This document shows positions 19,914-30,208 of a stretch of 42,330 nucleotides of DNA, piece after piece. How positions within the stretch are numbered: position 1 is the first letter of the stretch; the number at the start of each line of letters is the position of its first letter. A program made the position numbers and the translations under genes. Under the pieces are notes generated by a model. It did no database searches. It was not told where the DNA came from and worked only from the letters and a program-made list of their open reading frames with translations. Origin of the DNA: an uncultured Clostridia bacterium (GTDB lineage Bacteria; Bacillota; Clostridia; Peptostreptococcales; Acidaminobacteraceae); the NCBI GenBank assembly GCA_945950065.1, contig CAMFGQ010000001.1, positions 1 to 42,330 on the forward strand. The letters run 5' to 3'.

Positions 19914-20654
19914 ATGGGACAAAAAGTTAGCCCACATGGTCTTCGCGTTGGAGTCATCAAAGATTGGGATTCAAAATGGTATGCAGATGCCAAGGATATG
20001 CCCGAACTGATCCTGGAAGACTATAAAATCAGAGAATATATTGATAAACATTACTATAAAGCCGGTATCTCAAGAATTTACATTGACCGTGCCGGTAACA
20101 ACAACATTGCCATAAACATCTTTACATCTAAGCCAGGTATGGTTGTAGGTAAAGGTGGAGAGACCATTAAGCAAATCAGAAGTGATATTCAAAAACTGTC
20201 TGGCAAAAACGTTCACATCGACGTTTCTGAAGTACAGAACATCGATGCTGATGCAAGACTCCTTGCACAGAACATTGCTGAAAGTCTAGAACGTCGTATT
20301 TCCTTTAGACGCGCCATGAAACAAGCCATCGGCCGTGCACAACGTGCAGGAGTAGAAGGTGTGAAAGTAATGGTATCTGGTCGTCTGGGTGGAGCCGACA
20401 TGGCGAGAAGCCAAGCCTATAGTGAAGGGAATGTTCCCCTGTCTACCCTGCGTGCCAACATTGATTACGGCTTTGCAGAAGCAGACACAACCTATGGAAA
20501 ACTTGGTGTCAAAGTATGGCTATATAAGGGTGAAATACTTCCCCAACCTGATGAAGGACGCGTTCTTGTTCGTCAAGAAGCTAAAAAACGTCAACCTCGC
20601 GGTGGTCGCCGTGGTGGTGGACGCAGCCGTCGTCCCCGTCAAAGCAATCGATAA
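19914..20654 (+). CDS. rpsC: 30S ribosomal protein S3 with an Arg/Gly-rich C-terminal extension
   Basis: 246 aa. [14 protein letters not shown]-terminus and a KH domain ([12 protein letters not shown]). The tail is [21 protein letters not shown]. Confidence 0.97.
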   Translation: MGQKVSPHGLRVGVIKDWDSKWYADAKDMPELILEDYKIREYIDKHYYKAGISRIYIDRAGNNNIAINIFTSKPGMVVGKGGETIKQIRSDIQKLSGKNVHIDVSEVQNIDADARLLAQNIAESLERRISFRRAMKQAIGRAQRAGVEGVKVMVSGRLGGADMARSQAYSEGNVPLSTLRANIDYGFAEADTTYGKLGVKVWLYKGEILPQPDEGRVLVRQEAKKRQPRGGRRGGGRSRRPRQSNR

Positions 20655-20666
20655 GGAGGCAAGACC

Positions 20667-21098
20667 ATGTTAATGCCTAAAAGAGAAAAAAGGCGTCGTG
20701 TACATCGCGGTCGCATGAAGGGTAATGCTGAGCGTGGTAATACCATTACCTACGGTCAATATGGCCTTGTTGCCCTAGAACCCGCATGGATTACAGCCAA
20801 TCAAATTGAAGCTGCACGTATCGCCATTAACCGTAGAATTAAACGTGGTGGTAAGGTTTGGATAAAAATCTTCCCCCATAAGCCTGTAACTCAAAAACCA
20901 GCTGAGACCAGAATGGGTGCTGGAAAAGGTGCTCCTGAGTATCATGCAGCTGTTGTAAAGCCTGGCCGCGTTATGTTCGAACTCAGTGCTGTTGATGAAG
21001 ATCTAGCACGTGAAGCAATGCGCTTGGCAGCCAATAAACTTCCCATAAAATGCAAGTTCGTTTCCAAGGGAGAAGAGGGAGGTTCCGATGAAGGCTAA
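20667..21098 (+). CDS. rplP: 50S ribosomal protein L16
   Basis: 143 aa. [20 protein letters not shown]-terminus. Confidence 0.97.
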   Translation: MLMPKREKRRRVHRGRMKGNAERGNTITYGQYGLVALEPAWITANQIEAARIAINRRIKRGGKVWIKIFPHKPVTQKPAETRMGAGKGAPEYHAAVVKPGRVMFELSAVDEDLAREAMRLAANKLPIKCKFVSKGEEGGSDEG

Positions 21099-21282
21099 AG
21101 AATTAAGAGAAATGAGCGCACAAGAGCTCTCTACAAAGCTTGTAGACCTCAAAGGTGAACTCTTTAATCTCCGTTTTCAACTGGCAACGGGACAATTAGA
21201 AAACACATCCATGATTAATCGTGTTAAGAAGGATATTGCTCGAGTGAAGACCATCCTTCGCGAGACAGAGTTAAGAGCGTAG
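21088..21282 (+). CDS. rpmC: 50S ribosomal protein L29
   Basis: 64 aa. 11-nt overlap with rpl[19 protein letters not shown] motif. Confidence 0.95.
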   Translation: MKAKELREMSAQELSTKLVDLKGELFNLRFQLATGQLENTSMINRVKKDIARVKTILRETELRA

Positions 21283-21291
21283 GAGGAGACT

Positions 21292-21546
21292 ATGGAACGC
21301 AATCGTAGAAAAGTCCGTGTCGGTAAAGTTATTTCCGACAAAATGGATAAAACCATCGTCGTACAATTAGAGCGTTATGTATCCCATCCCCTTTACAAGA
21401 AAAAAGTAAAGGTTACCCAAAAATTTAAAGCTCATGATGAGCACAACGAAGCCCATGAAGGCGATCGCGTACGCATCATGCAAACCAGACCTCTAAGCAA
21501 AACAAAAGACTGGAGACTGGTAAAAGTTTTGGAACGAGCAGAATAG
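21292..21546 (+). CDS. rpsQ: 30S ribosomal protein S17
   Basis: 84 aa. [14 protein letters not shown] motif. Confidence 0.96.
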   Translation: MERNRRKVRVGKVISDKMDKTIVVQLERYVSHPLYKKKVKVTQKFKAHDEHNEAHEGDRVRIMQTRPLSKTKDWRLVKVLERAE

Positions 21547-21556
21547 GGAGGAACTC

Positions 21557-21925
21557 ATGCTACAACAAGAATCAAGAATGGTTGTTGCCGATAATTCTGG
21601 CGCAAGAGAACTCCTTGTGATTCGTGTCCTTGGAGGATCCATGAAGCGCTACGCCCATGTAGGAGACATCTGTGTGTGTACAGTTAAACACGCAACTCCT
21701 GGTGGCGTTGTGAAAAAAGGTGACATCGTAAAAGCTGTGGTTGTAAGAACCAAGCACGGCATTCATCGTAAAGACGGCATCTATGTTCGTTTTGATGACA
21801 ATGCTGCTGTTATCTTAAAAGAAGACCTTAACCCAGTAGGAACTCGTATTTTTGGACCTGTGGCTAGAGAACTACGTGGAAAGAAATTCCAAAAGATTCT
21901 CTCCCTTGCTCCTGAAGTACTATAG
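21557..21925 (+). CDS. rplN: 50S ribosomal protein L14
   Basis: 122 aa. The start [16 protein letters not shown] matches the L14 consensus MIQ.E..L.VADNSGA. Confidence 0.97.
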   Translation: MLQQESRMVVADNSGARELLVIRVLGGSMKRYAHVGDICVCTVKHATPGGVVKKGDIVKAVVVRTKHGIHRKDGIYVRFDDNAAVILKEDLNPVGTRIFGPVARELRGKKFQKILSLAPEVL

Positions 21926-21935
21926 GAGGTCGACC

Positions 21936-22247
21936 TTGAAAATTAAAAAAGGCGATACAGTAAAAGTTATCGCAGGAAAAGATAAAGGAAAAACAGGCGA
22001 AGTGCTAGCAGTCTTCCCTAAAAAAGAACGTGTTATCGTTGAAGGCTGCAACATGATTACAAAGCACCAACGCCCCAATGTTCGAGACAATACAGGTGGT
22101 ATTGTCCACAAGGAAGCACCAATTCATGTTTCCAATGTAATGTACTACGACAAATCCACCAAAGAAACTTCAAGACTCCGCTACGAAATTCTGGAAAACG
22201 GTAAAAAAGTCCGTGTTGCAGTGAAGAGTGGCGAGACCTTAGATTAG
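21936..22247 (+). CDS. rplX: 50S ribosomal protein L24
   Basis: Track ORF 21852..22247 runs back into rplN. A TTG at 21936, 5 nt after a TAGGAGG SD, gives 103 aa starting [19 protein letters not shown] (KOW motif). Confidence 0.93.
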   Translation: MKIKKGDTVKVIAGKDKGKTGEVLAVFPKKERVIVEGCNMITKHQRPNVRDNTGGIVHKEAPIHVSNVMYYDKSTKETSRLRYEILENGKKVRVAVKSGETLD

Positions 22248-22260
22248 GCAGGAGGAAAGC

Positions 22261-22803
22261 ATGGCAGCTAGATTAAAAGAAAAATATAAAGAGCATGTCA
22301 GTCCTGCACTGATGGATAAGTTCAATTACAAATCGGTGATGGAAATCCCGAAACTCGATAAAATCGTGATCAACATGGGTCTAAGCGAAGCCAAGGACAA
22401 CACAAAAGTTCTTCAAAACGCTGTAGAAGAAGTCCGTCGTATTACAGGACAACAACCTGTTATCACGAAAGCTAAAAAATCCGTTGCGAACTTTAAAGTT
22501 CGTGAAGGAATGAGCGTTGGCCTAATGGTCACCCTTCGTGGCGAAAAGATGTATGAATTCTTAGATCGTTTCATCACCATCGCACTACCACGTGTACGTG
22601 ACTTTAGAGGCCTAAACCCCAATAGCTTTGATGGTCGTGGGAACTTCTCAATGGGTGTGCGTGAACAACTTATTTTCCCTGAAATCCGCTACGATGACGT
22701 AGACGCGATTCGTGGAATGGACCTAGTCTTTGTCACCACAGCTAAAACAGATGAAGAAGCCCGTGAACTACTTCAACTATTAGGGCTTCCCTACAAGAAA
22801 TAG
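22261..22803 (+). CDS. rplE: 50S ribosomal protein L5
   Basis: 180 aa. Operon position and the motif [20 protein letters not shown]. Confidence 0.97.
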   Translation: MAARLKEKYKEHVSPALMDKFNYKSVMEIPKLDKIVINMGLSEAKDNTKVLQNAVEEVRRITGQQPVITKAKKSVANFKVREGMSVGLMVTLRGEKMYEFLDRFITIALPRVRDFRGLNPNSFDGRGNFSMGVREQLIFPEIRYDDVDAIRGMDLVFVTTAKTDEEARELLQLLGLPYKK

Positions 22804-22812
22804 GAGGATCCT

Positions 22813-22998
22813 GTGGCAAAAAAATCACTAAAAGTAAAGCAAGCCAGAAAGGCCAAATATTCTACTCGTGAATACACACGTTGTACAATTTGCGGCCGTC
22901 CTCGTTCCGTCTTGAGAAAATTTGGTCTTTGCAGAGTATGTTTCCGAGAACTAGCCTATAAGGGAGAGATCCCCGGAGTTCGCAAAGCGAGTTGGTAG
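22813..22998 (+). CDS. rpsN: 30S ribosomal protein S14, zinc-binding type Z
   Basis: 61 aa with a GTG start. Two CxxC pairs: CTICGRP...CRVCFRE. Confidence 0.96.
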   Translation: MAKKSLKVKQARKAKYSTREYTRCTICGRPRSVLRKFGLCRVCFRELAYKGEIPGVRKASW

Positions 22999-23013
22999 GA
23001 AAGGAGAATAACG

Positions 23014-23412
23014 ATGAGAACAACTGATCCTATCGCGGATATGCTAACACGCATTCGCAATGCAAATAAAGAATTCCATCCTACCGTGGAGATTCCATCT
23101 TCAGGAATGAAGGCAGACATTGCAAAGATCCTTCTCGATGAAGGTTTCATCAGTGGCTATGAAGTCATTGAGGACGATAAGCAAGGAATTCTAAAAGTAG
23201 AATTAAAGTATTCTCGTGATAAAGAGCGCGTTATCCGCGGTCTAAAGAGAATTTCAAAACCAGGTCTTCGCATCTATGTGAAGAATACTGAAGTTCCCTC
23301 TGTTCTAGGTGGACTTGGAATTTCCATTATTTCCACCAGCAAGGGAATCGTTACTGATAAAGAAGCTAGAAAACTTGGCGTAGGTGGCGAAGTTATCTGC
23401 TACGTTTGGTAA
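23014..23412 (+). CDS. rpsH: 30S ribosomal protein S8
   Basis: 132 aa. [14 protein letters not shown] motif. Confidence 0.97.
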   Translation: MRTTDPIADMLTRIRNANKEFHPTVEIPSSGMKADIAKILLDEGFISGYEVIEDDKQGILKVELKYSRDKERVIRGLKRISKPGLRIYVKNTEVPSVLGGLGISIISTSKGIVTDKEARKLGVGGEVICYVW

Positions 23413-23423
23413 GGGAGGAAGAG

Positions 23424-23960
23424 ATGTCAAGAATTGGAAAATTGCCGATCCTTCTACCCGACGGCGTAGAAGCTACGATTAAAGACCATGTTGTCGAAAT
23501 CAAAGGACCTAAAGGCGTTCTATCTCAGGAAATTGACCCAGCCATCGCTGTGGAGCAAAAAGAAAACGAACTCCTGGTTACCCGTCCTAATGACAACAAA
23601 AGAAATAGATCCCTTCACGGACTCTATCGTTCTTTAATCCAAAACATGGTCACCGGTGTTACAGAAGGATACGAAAAGAAACTACGTATTGAAGGTGTAG
23701 GATACCGTGCTAGCAAAGAAGGTAAAGTATTAAATCTTCAACTAGGCTACTCCCATCCCATCAATATGGAAGACCCCGAAGGAATTGAGGTAGAGGTACC
23801 AAGCCAAACCGAAATTATCGTTCGTGGAATCAATCGTCAACAAGTAGGCAACTATGCCGCTAAAATAAGAGCCTGGAGAGAGCCAGAACCTTATAAAGGA
23901 AAAGGCATCCGTTACGCTGATGAAGTGGTCAGACGTAAAGAAGGCAAGGCTGGTAAATAA
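23424..23960 (+). CDS. rplF: 50S ribosomal protein L6
   Basis: The track start 23406 overlaps the rpsH stop. The ATG at 23424, after a GGGAGGAAGAG SD, gives 178 aa starting MSRIGKLPI. Confidence 0.95.
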   Translation: MSRIGKLPILLPDGVEATIKDHVVEIKGPKGVLSQEIDPAIAVEQKENELLVTRPNDNKRNRSLHGLYRSLIQNMVTGVTEGYEKKLRIEGVGYRASKEGKVLNLQLGYSHPINMEDPEGIEVEVPSQTEIIVRGINRQQVGNYAAKIRAWREPEPYKGKGIRYADEVVRRKEGKAGK

Positions 23961-23974
23961 GAAAGGAGTAAGCT

Positions 23975-24343
23975 ATGAGAAAAGAATTTAGACGTAATGA
24001 AGCTAGGCAACACCGCCATAAGCGCGTTCGTGGTAAAGTTAGTGGCACTCCTGAAGTTCCCAGACTTTGCGTCTTCCGCTCAAACAAATACATCTATGCT
24101 CAAATCATTGATGATGTCAACGGTGTCACTTTAGCCAGTGCCTCCAGTATGGAACCTGAAATCAAAGACGAATTTCAAAATGGTGCCAACAAAGAAGCTG
24201 CTAAAGCTGTGGGCAAGCTCATCGGCAAAAAAGCTACGGATAAAGGAATCGAAAAGGTTGTCTTTGATCGTGGTGGATACCTCTATCATGGTCGCGTTAA
24301 GGAACTTGCCGATGGTGCAAGAGAATCCGGGCTGCAGTTTTAG
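23975..24343 (+). CDS. rplR: 50S ribosomal protein L18
   Basis: 122 aa. Motifs [18 protein letters not shown] and [13 protein letters not shown]. Confidence 0.97.
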   Translation: MRKEFRRNEARQHRHKRVRGKVSGTPEVPRLCVFRSNKYIYAQIIDDVNGVTLASASSMEPEIKDEFQNGANKEAAKAVGKLIGKKATDKGIEKVVFDRGGYLYHGRVKELADGARESGLQF

Positions 24344-24352
24344 GAGGAAAAT

Positions 24353-24862
24353 GTGAGAGATAAACGTGATGTAAAACCTGAATTCGAGGAGCAAGTCGTC
24401 TTTATCAACCGCGTTACCAAAGTCGTTAAAGGTGGACGTAACTTCCGCTTTAGCGCATTGGTTGTGGTTGGAGACGGTAAGGGTAGAGTCGGTGTTGGTA
24501 CCGGTAAAGCTCTTGAAGTTCCTGCTGCAATTCGTAAAGCAGTTGCAGATGCGAAGAAAAATATCGTTCGTGTTCCCCTTCTGGGAACCACAGTTCCTCA
24601 CACCATTACAGGTCGCAGTGGAAGTGGTCGCGTTGTGATCATGCCTGCTCCTAAAGGAACAGGTGTTATCGCTGGTGGTCCTGTACGTAGTATCCTGCAG
24701 CTAGCAGGTTATGCTGATGTTCGTGCAAAGAGTTTAGGATCAAACAATCCTAAAAACATGGTTGATGCTACTCTTGATGGCCTTATGAATCTATCTACAC
24801 TTAGCAGCGTTGCTAAGCTACGTGGAAAGAGCCCACGAGAAATCCTCGGCAGGGAGGACTAA
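24353..24862 (+). CDS. rpsE: 30S ribosomal protein S5
   Basis: 169 aa with a GTG start; the ATG 2 nt upstream runs straight into a stop. [24 protein letters not shown] motif. Confidence 0.97.
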   Translation: MRDKRDVKPEFEEQVVFINRVTKVVKGGRNFRFSALVVVGDGKGRVGVGTGKALEVPAAIRKAVADAKKNIVRVPLLGTTVPHTITGRSGSGRVVIMPAPKGTGVIAGGPVRSILQLAGYADVRAKSLGSNNPKNMVDATLDGLMNLSTLSSVAKLRGKSPREILGRED

Positions 24863-24863
24863 G

Positions 24864-25046
24864 ATGAAACAACTAAAGATTAAACTGATTCACAGTACCA
24901 TCGGAACAAAGCCCGTGCATCGTAAAAACGTTGAGGCACTTGGACTGAAAAAAATCGGTCAAGAAGTGCTTCGCCAAGATACACCCAATGTCCGTGGTAT
25001 GATTGCTAAATGTTCACATCTGCTTAGCGTGGAAGAAATTGACTAG
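24864..25046 (+). CDS. rpmD: 50S ribosomal protein L30
   Basis: The track ORF starts inside rpsE. The ATG at 24864, after a GGGAGG SD, gives 60 aa starting MKQLKIKLIHSTIG. Confidence 0.93.
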   Translation: MKQLKIKLIHSTIGTKPVHRKNVEALGLKKIGQEVLRQDTPNVRGMIAKCSHLLSVEEID

Positions 25047-25055
25047 GAGGCGAAA

Positions 25056-25496
25056 GTGAAATTACATGAATTAAAGCCAGCTCCTGGCTCAAAACGCGAA
25101 AAAAGGCGAGTCGGACGTGGTCAAGCCTCAGGTCTAGGTAAAACATCTGGTCGTGGGCATGGCGGACAAAATTCACGTTCCGGCGGTGGTGTACGCATTG
25201 GTTTTGAGGGTGGACAACTTCCACTCTATAGAAGACTCCCCAAAAGAGGCTTCAGCAATTATCGCTTTAAAACCAGATACGCCATTATCAATCTTTCTCA
25301 GCTTGCTGAGATCGAAGAAACAACCATTACACCAGAACTCCTACTAGAAAAAGGGATCATTAAGAAAGCCCTTGATGGAGTCAAAATATTAGGCGATGGA
25401 GAACTTGATCGTGCTCTGGAAATCAAAGCACACAAATTCTCACAATCAGCAGTTGAAAAAATAGAGAAGGCCGGCGGAAAAGTAGAGGTGATCTAA
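25056..25496 (+). CDS. rplO: 50S ribosomal protein L15
   Basis: 146 aa with a GTG start after a [24 protein letters not shown]-terminus. Confidence 0.96.
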   Translation: MKLHELKPAPGSKREKRRVGRGQASGLGKTSGRGHGGQNSRSGGGVRIGFEGGQLPLYRRLPKRGFSNYRFKTRYAIINLSQLAEIEETTITPELLLEKGIIKKALDGVKILGDGELDRALEIKAHKFSQSAVEKIEKAGGKVEVI

Positions 25497-26755
25497 TGCT
25501 TGATACGCTAAAGAAAGCATGGAGGATTCCGGATCTACGTAGGAAGATTCTTTATACCTTTGCGATGCTGATCATCTTTCGCCTTGGCTCAAATCTTCCC
25601 ATTCCCGGAGTCGACAAAGTAAAGTTAGCTGCTTTAGGCGCTGACGAAGGACTTCTAGGATTCTTTAACCTTATGAGTGGTGGCTCTTTTAAGAGATTCT
25701 CAGTCTTTGCACTAGGAATAGCGCCATACATTACGGCCTCCATCGTCATGAATCTTTTGCAGATTGCGATTCCAGCCTTGGAAGAGCTTGCAAAAGAAGG
25801 AGAATCGGGAAGAAAAACCATTGCGCGCTATACGCGTTATCTAACTGTTGTATTAGCCTTACTACAATCCTTTGCTCTGAGCAATTCAATCTTTGCTCGC
25901 GTCTTCATTTCGAATGACTTTATGAGCAAATTCGTTGCAGTAATCGCCATGACTGCAGGAACAGCATTCCTGATGTATCTCGGTGAGAAAATCAACGAAA
26001 ATGGTATTGGAAACGGAATTTCACTCTTTATCTTTGCAGGGATTATCTCTTCACTTCCAACAGGAATCTATAGTATTCTCCTTCGCATTAAAGCTGGTGA
26101 AGTCAATGTGTTAACCCTTCTTGCTTTTGCAATTGGTGCGCTACTTCTCGTAGCTGCAGTCATCTACATCCAAGAAGGACAGCGCAAGATTCCAGTACAG
26201 TACTCTAAACGAGTCATTGGTCGCAAAATGTATGGTGGACAAAGCAGCCATATTCCTCTGAAGATTAACCAAACCGGAGTTATCCCTGTTATCTTCGCTA
26301 CCAGTATTCTTGCGATTCCTCAAACTGTAGCACCCTTTTTCCCGAATTCCAATTTCTGGGCAGGTGCACTGAGGGTCTTTGACTCAAAAACAATTCTATA
26401 CAACGTACTCAATGCGTTACTCATTATCTTCTTCACTTATTTCTATACATCGGTTACCTTTAATCCAGAAGAGATTGCCGATAACATGAAGAAGAACGGT
26501 GGGTTTATTCCCGGGATTCGCCCAGGTCGACCTACTTCAAACTTTATCAAACGTTCGCTGAATAAGCTGACGATTGTAGGTGCGATATTCCTCGCGATTA
26601 TCGCCAGTATTCCTAACGTACTCTTAGCTTATTCCAGTCTTGGAATTCGCTTTGGTGGTACCTCTTTACTCATTGTCATCGGTGTTGCACTAGAAACCAT
26701 GAAGCAAATTGAAGCTCAATTGGTTATGCGTCACTACAAAGGATTTTTAAGGTAA
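25496..26755 (+). CDS. secY: Preprotein translocase subunit SecY
   Basis: 419 aa, multi-TM protein. TAATG overlap with rplO. Motifs GIAPYITASIVMNLL and LIVIGVALETMKQIE. Confidence 0.97.
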   Translation: MLDTLKKAWRIPDLRRKILYTFAMLIIFRLGSNLPIPGVDKVKLAALGADEGLLGFFNLMSGGSFKRFSVFALGIAPYITASIVMNLLQIAIPALEELAKEGESGRKTIARYTRYLTVVLALLQSFALSNSIFARVFISNDFMSKFVAVIAMTAGTAFLMYLGEKINENGIGNGISLFIFAGIISSLPTGIYSILLRIKAGEVNVLTLLAFAIGALLLVAAVIYIQEGQRKIPVQYSKRVIGRKMYGGQSSHIPLKINQTGVIPVIFATSILAIPQTVAPFFPNSNFWAGALRVFDSKTILYNVLNALLIIFFTYFYTSVTFNPEEIADNMKKNGGFIPGIRPGRPTSNFIKRSLNKLTIVGAIFLAIIASIPNVLLAYSSLGIRFGGTSLLIVIGVALETMKQIEAQLVMRHYKGFLR

Positions 26756-26760
26756 ACAAG

Positions 26761-27408
26761 ATGAGATTAATCTTACTGGGACCTCCTATGGCAGGTAAAG
26801 GAACCCAAGCAAAACTGATTTCAACACATTTTGGTATTCCTCACATTAGTACAGGGGATATTCTTCGCAAAAATGTGGCTGAAGGTACAGAGCTTGGTGT
26901 GAAAGCAAAAGACTATATGGATCGTGGTGATCTGGTTCCTGATGAGCTGATTCTAGCTCTTGTACAAAAGGAACTGGATGGGATGGATCTTGATCGAGGA
27001 TTTCTCTTTGATGGCTATCCACGAACCACGGTTCAGGCTGAAGCATTATCAACCTATCTAGAAGAAAAAGAGAAACCACTGGATGGTGTCATCCTTCTAG
27101 ATGTACCTGAGGAAACATTGATTCAGCGTGCAACAGGCCGCAGAATCTGTTCCAATTGTGGAGCGAGCTATCACATCGTCACCATGCCCCCCAAAGTGGA
27201 GGGAGTATGTGATGCCTGTGGTGAGAAAGCTCTACATCAAAGGGTGGATGATCAGGAAGAAACCGTTAAGAATCGACTCAATGTGTACAAGAAACAAACG
27301 GAGCCCCTAGTAAGCTATTATCGGGTTCAAAAAAAACTACTTGAAGTTCCAGGTGCAGATACACCAGAAGGAGTCTTCAAGCAAGTGTTGAATCTGTTAG
27401 GGGAGTAG
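26761..27408 (+). CDS. adk: Adenylate kinase with a Cys4 zinc lid
   Basis: 215 aa. P-loop GPPMAGKGTQ, and lid CSNCG...CDACG. Confidence 0.97.
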   Translation: MRLILLGPPMAGKGTQAKLISTHFGIPHISTGDILRKNVAEGTELGVKAKDYMDRGDLVPDELILALVQKELDGMDLDRGFLFDGYPRTTVQAEALSTYLEEKEKPLDGVILLDVPEETLIQRATGRRICSNCGASYHIVTMPPKVEGVCDACGEKALHQRVDDQEETVKNRLNVYKKQTEPLVSYYRVQKKLLEVPGADTPEGVFKQVLNLLGE

Positions 27409-27409
27409 A

Positions 27410-28168
27410 ATGATCATTCTCAAATCCCCTAGGGAAATCGAACTCATGCGTGAAGCTGGAAAACGTCTTGCCTTTGTTCACCGCGGGGCAAGGGAGTTAT
27501 TGAAGCCCGGCATGAGTACCTGGGAACTAGACCAGGCCATTGCAAAACTGATTAAGGATCAGGGTGGAATCCCTTCCTTTCTCAACTACCAAGGTTTCCC
27601 TGCATGTAGCTGTATATCTGTCAATGACACTGTGATCCACGGCATCCCCAGCAAGGATGAAATCATTCGAGAGGGGGATATCGTCAGTCTAGATCTTGGT
27701 CTGATCTATGAGGGCTACCATGCCGACGCCGCACGCACTCTCTGTGTAGGCGAGGTGAAGGATGAAACTAAACGACTGGTTCAGGTGACGAGGGAATCAT
27801 TTTTTGAAGGCCTTGCCTTCTGTCGAGAAGGCTATCGTCTTTCTGATGTCTCCCACGCCATTCAGACACATTGTGAAAACAGCGGATTTAGTGTGGTACG
27901 AGAATTCACTGGTCATGGAATTGGAAAGGATCTTCACGAAGATCCCTCCATCCCCAATTACGGTGAGCCTGGCCGAGGTCCACGACTTCGAGCAGGCATG
28001 GTACTCGCCATTGAACCCATGGTAAATCAGGGAGATAAGGCGATTCGAATGGAAGCAGATGGATGGACCATCAAAACCATAGATGGTAAACCATCAGCTC
28101 ACTATGAGCACACCGTGCTGATAACAGGAGATGATCCTGAACTGTTTACCTGGGGGGATGAAGTATGA
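27410..28168 (+). CDS. map: Methionine aminopeptidase, type I
   Basis: 252 aa. Motifs VIHGIP, DIVSLDLG, HGIGKDLHE and LAIEPM. Confidence 0.96.
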   Translation: MIILKSPREIELMREAGKRLAFVHRGARELLKPGMSTWELDQAIAKLIKDQGGIPSFLNYQGFPACSCISVNDTVIHGIPSKDEIIREGDIVSLDLGLIYEGYHADAARTLCVGEVKDETKRLVQVTRESFFEGLAFCREGYRLSDVSHAIQTHCENSGFSVVREFTGHGIGKDLHEDPSIPNYGEPGRGPRLRAGMVLAIEPMVNQGDKAIRMEADGWTIKTIDGKPSAHYEHTVLITGDDPELFTWGDEV

Positions 28169-28440
28169 TTCACCCAGGAGAGATCGTAATCAGTAAAGCC
28201 GGACGAGACAAAGGAAGAAACCTCATCATCCTAAAACAGCTTGATGAGAAGCACCTGCTTCTCGTAGACGGCGACTTGCGACCGTTGGATAAACCCAAGA
28301 AGAAGAAAATCATTCATCTTCAAAAGACCAATCGAAGGACAGATCGTCTAGAGGAAGCAGTGGAAACAAAGAACAACAAACTGCTTCGAGATGAAATTAA
28401 ACGATTAATGCCTAGGAAAGAGAGTAGAAACATTGTCTAA
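28165..28440 (+). CDS. Small KOW-domain (L14e-like) RNA-binding protein, probably the equivalent of B. subtilis ybzG
   Basis: 91 aa. ATGA overlap with map and 8-nt overlap with inf[19 protein letters not shown] is KOW-like, and the C-terminus is basic. Confidence 0.75.
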   Translation: MIHPGEIVISKAGRDKGRNLIILKQLDEKHLLLVDGDLRPLDKPKKKKIIHLQKTNRRTDRLEEAVETKNNKLLRDEIKRLMPRKESRNIV

Positions 28441-28651
28441 AGATTCCATCGAAGTAAAGGGAGTCGTTATTGACGCATTGCCCAATGCAAAATTTCAAGT
28501 AGAACTAGAAAATGGCCATCAAATTATGGCTCATTTATCAGGTAAACTACGTATGAACTATATACGGATTATGCCGGGAGATAAAGTAACCATTGAACTG
28601 TCTCCCTATGATTTGACCAAAGGTCGAATTACATGGCGAGGGAAAGGTTAG
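28433..28651 (+). CDS. infA: Translation initiation factor IF-1
   Basis: 72 aa with a TTG start. S1-like core: [47 protein letters not shown]. Confidence 0.95.
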   Translation: MSKDSIEVKGVVIDALPNAKFQVELENGHQIMAHLSGKLRMNYIRIMPGDKVTIELSPYDLTKGRITWRGKG

Positions 28652-28771
<120 letters not shown>

Positions 28772-28788
28772 TGGAGTAGGAGGAAAGA

Positions 28789-29157
28789 ATGGCGAGAATC
28801 GCTGGCGTAGACTTGCCACGAGATAAGAGAGTCGAAGTAGCTCTTACCTATATCTTTGGCATCGGCCCAACCACATCAAAACGCGTGCTGAGTGAGTCTC
28901 AGGTTGACCCCAGTACCCGTGTAAAAGATCTGACAGAAGACGAAGTAAGTACACTTCGCCGCTATATCGATCAACACCTCACTGTTGAAGGAGACCTTCG
29001 ACGTGAAGTTTCTATGAATATTAAACGTCTTCAAGAGATTGGATGCTTAAGAGGTATCCGTCACAGAAGAAATCTACCGGTAAGGGGACAACGTACCCAA
29101 ACCAATGCAAGAACCCGCAAAGGTCCTAAAAAGACCATGGCGAAGAAGAAAAAATAA
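28789..29157 (+). CDS. rpsM: 30S ribosomal protein S13
   Basis: 122 aa. [27 protein letters not shown]-terminus. Confidence 0.97.
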   Translation: MARIAGVDLPRDKRVEVALTYIFGIGPTTSKRVLSESQVDPSTRVKDLTEDEVSTLRRYIDQHLTVEGDLRREVSMNIKRLQEIGCLRGIRHRRNLPVRGQRTQTNARTRKGPKKTMAKKKK

Positions 29158-29166
29158 GGAGGTAAC

Positions 29167-29592
29167 ATGGCTACAGCTAAAAAAGGTGCCAAAGGTGCCA
29201 AAGGCGGTAAAGGCCTAAGAGGTCGTCGCCGTAGAGAAAAGAAAAATGTAGATCGTGGTCAAGCTCATATTCAGGCCACCTTTAACAATACCATTGTTAC
29301 CCTGACCGACCTTCGAGGCAATGCTCTATCTTGGAGTAGTGCTGGTGCCCTAGGTTTCCGCGGATCAAGAAAGTCCACTCCTTTTGCTGCTCAACAAGCT
29401 GCTGAAACAGCTGCTCAAGCTGCTATGGAACACGGACTGAAATCCGTACAAGTCTATGTGAAAGGACCTGGTTCCGGACGCGACGCTGCGATTCGTGCAT
29501 TACAAGCAGCTGGACTGGAAATTTATAGCATTAACGATGTCACACCCATTCCCCATAATGGATGTAGACCACCTAAGAGAAGAAGAGTATAG
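29167..29592 (+). CDS. rpsK: 30S ribosomal protein S11 with a Lys/Gly-rich N-terminal extension
   Basis: 141 aa. Motifs [16 protein letters not shown] and [13 protein letters not shown]. Confidence 0.97.
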   Translation: MATAKKGAKGAKGGKGLRGRRRREKKNVDRGQAHIQATFNNTIVTLTDLRGNALSWSSAGALGFRGSRKSTPFAAQQAAETAAQAAMEHGLKSVQVYVKGPGSGRDAAIRALQAAGLEIYSINDVTPIPHNGCRPPKRRRV

Positions 29593-29600
29593 GAGGGGAC

Positions 29601-30188
29601 ATGGCTAGAGAAAGAGGACCTATTCTAAAACGCTGCCGTCGTCTTGAGCTTGAGCCTCAAGTCGTTGGTATCAATAAAAAATCAAAACGTACCTCTATGC
29701 AAACAACACGTAAACTAAGCCAGTATGGTCTTCAGTTACGTGAAAAGCAAAAAGCTAAATTTATTTACGGTATGCAAGAGAAACAATTCAAACTTCTCTT
29801 CCACCGTGCTGAAAAGATGCCAGGGGTTGCTGGTGAAAACCTATTACAACTTCTAGAGCGTCGCTTTGATAATGTAGTCTATCGTATGGGATTTGCCAGT
29901 ACACGTCGTGAAGCAAGACAACTGGTTGTCCATGGACACTTCCGTGTCAATGGCAAAAAGGTTGACATTCCTTCACAACTTCTAAAAGAAGGCGATGTGA
30001 TCTCTGTGAAAGAGAGAAGTAGAAAGTCTCCTAAGTTCAAAGCACTTGCTGAAACCTTCACAGGTGTACAAGATTGGCTAGAAGTTGATCGCGAGAACTT
30101 CACAGGAAAAATCCTAAGTCTACCTACGAGAGAGCATATTGACTATCCTATTGAAGAGCATATGATCACTGAGTTCTACTCACGCTAA
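29601..30188 (+). CDS. rpsD: 30S ribosomal protein S4
   Basis: 195 aa. S4 RNA-binding domain RFDNVVYRMGFASTRREARQLVVHGHFRVNG. Confidence 0.96.
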   Translation: MARERGPILKRCRRLELEPQVVGINKKSKRTSMQTTRKLSQYGLQLREKQKAKFIYGMQEKQFKLLFHRAEKMPGVAGENLLQLLERRFDNVVYRMGFASTRREARQLVVHGHFRVNGKKVDIPSQLLKEGDVISVKERSRKSPKFKALAETFTGVQDWLEVDRENFTGKILSLPTREHIDYPIEEHMITEFYSR

Positions 30189-30208
30189 TCCTTGATAGGA
30201 GGGACCAC

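Noticed and set aside
20389-20673. 94-aa alternative-frame ORF spanning the rpsC 3' end and the rplP start; similar same-strand overlaps at 8164, 8419, 9139, 17151, 24138, 24432 and 27804
   Set aside because: These out-of-frame overlaps lie within strongly conserved genes. They have no SD and nonsense-like composition.
24131-24601. 156-aa ORF antisense to rplR/rpsE
   Set aside because: It lies entirely inside highly conserved ribosomal genes on the other strand. It has no SD, and its composition is low-complexity (shadow ORF). It is best explained by codon bias on the sense strand.
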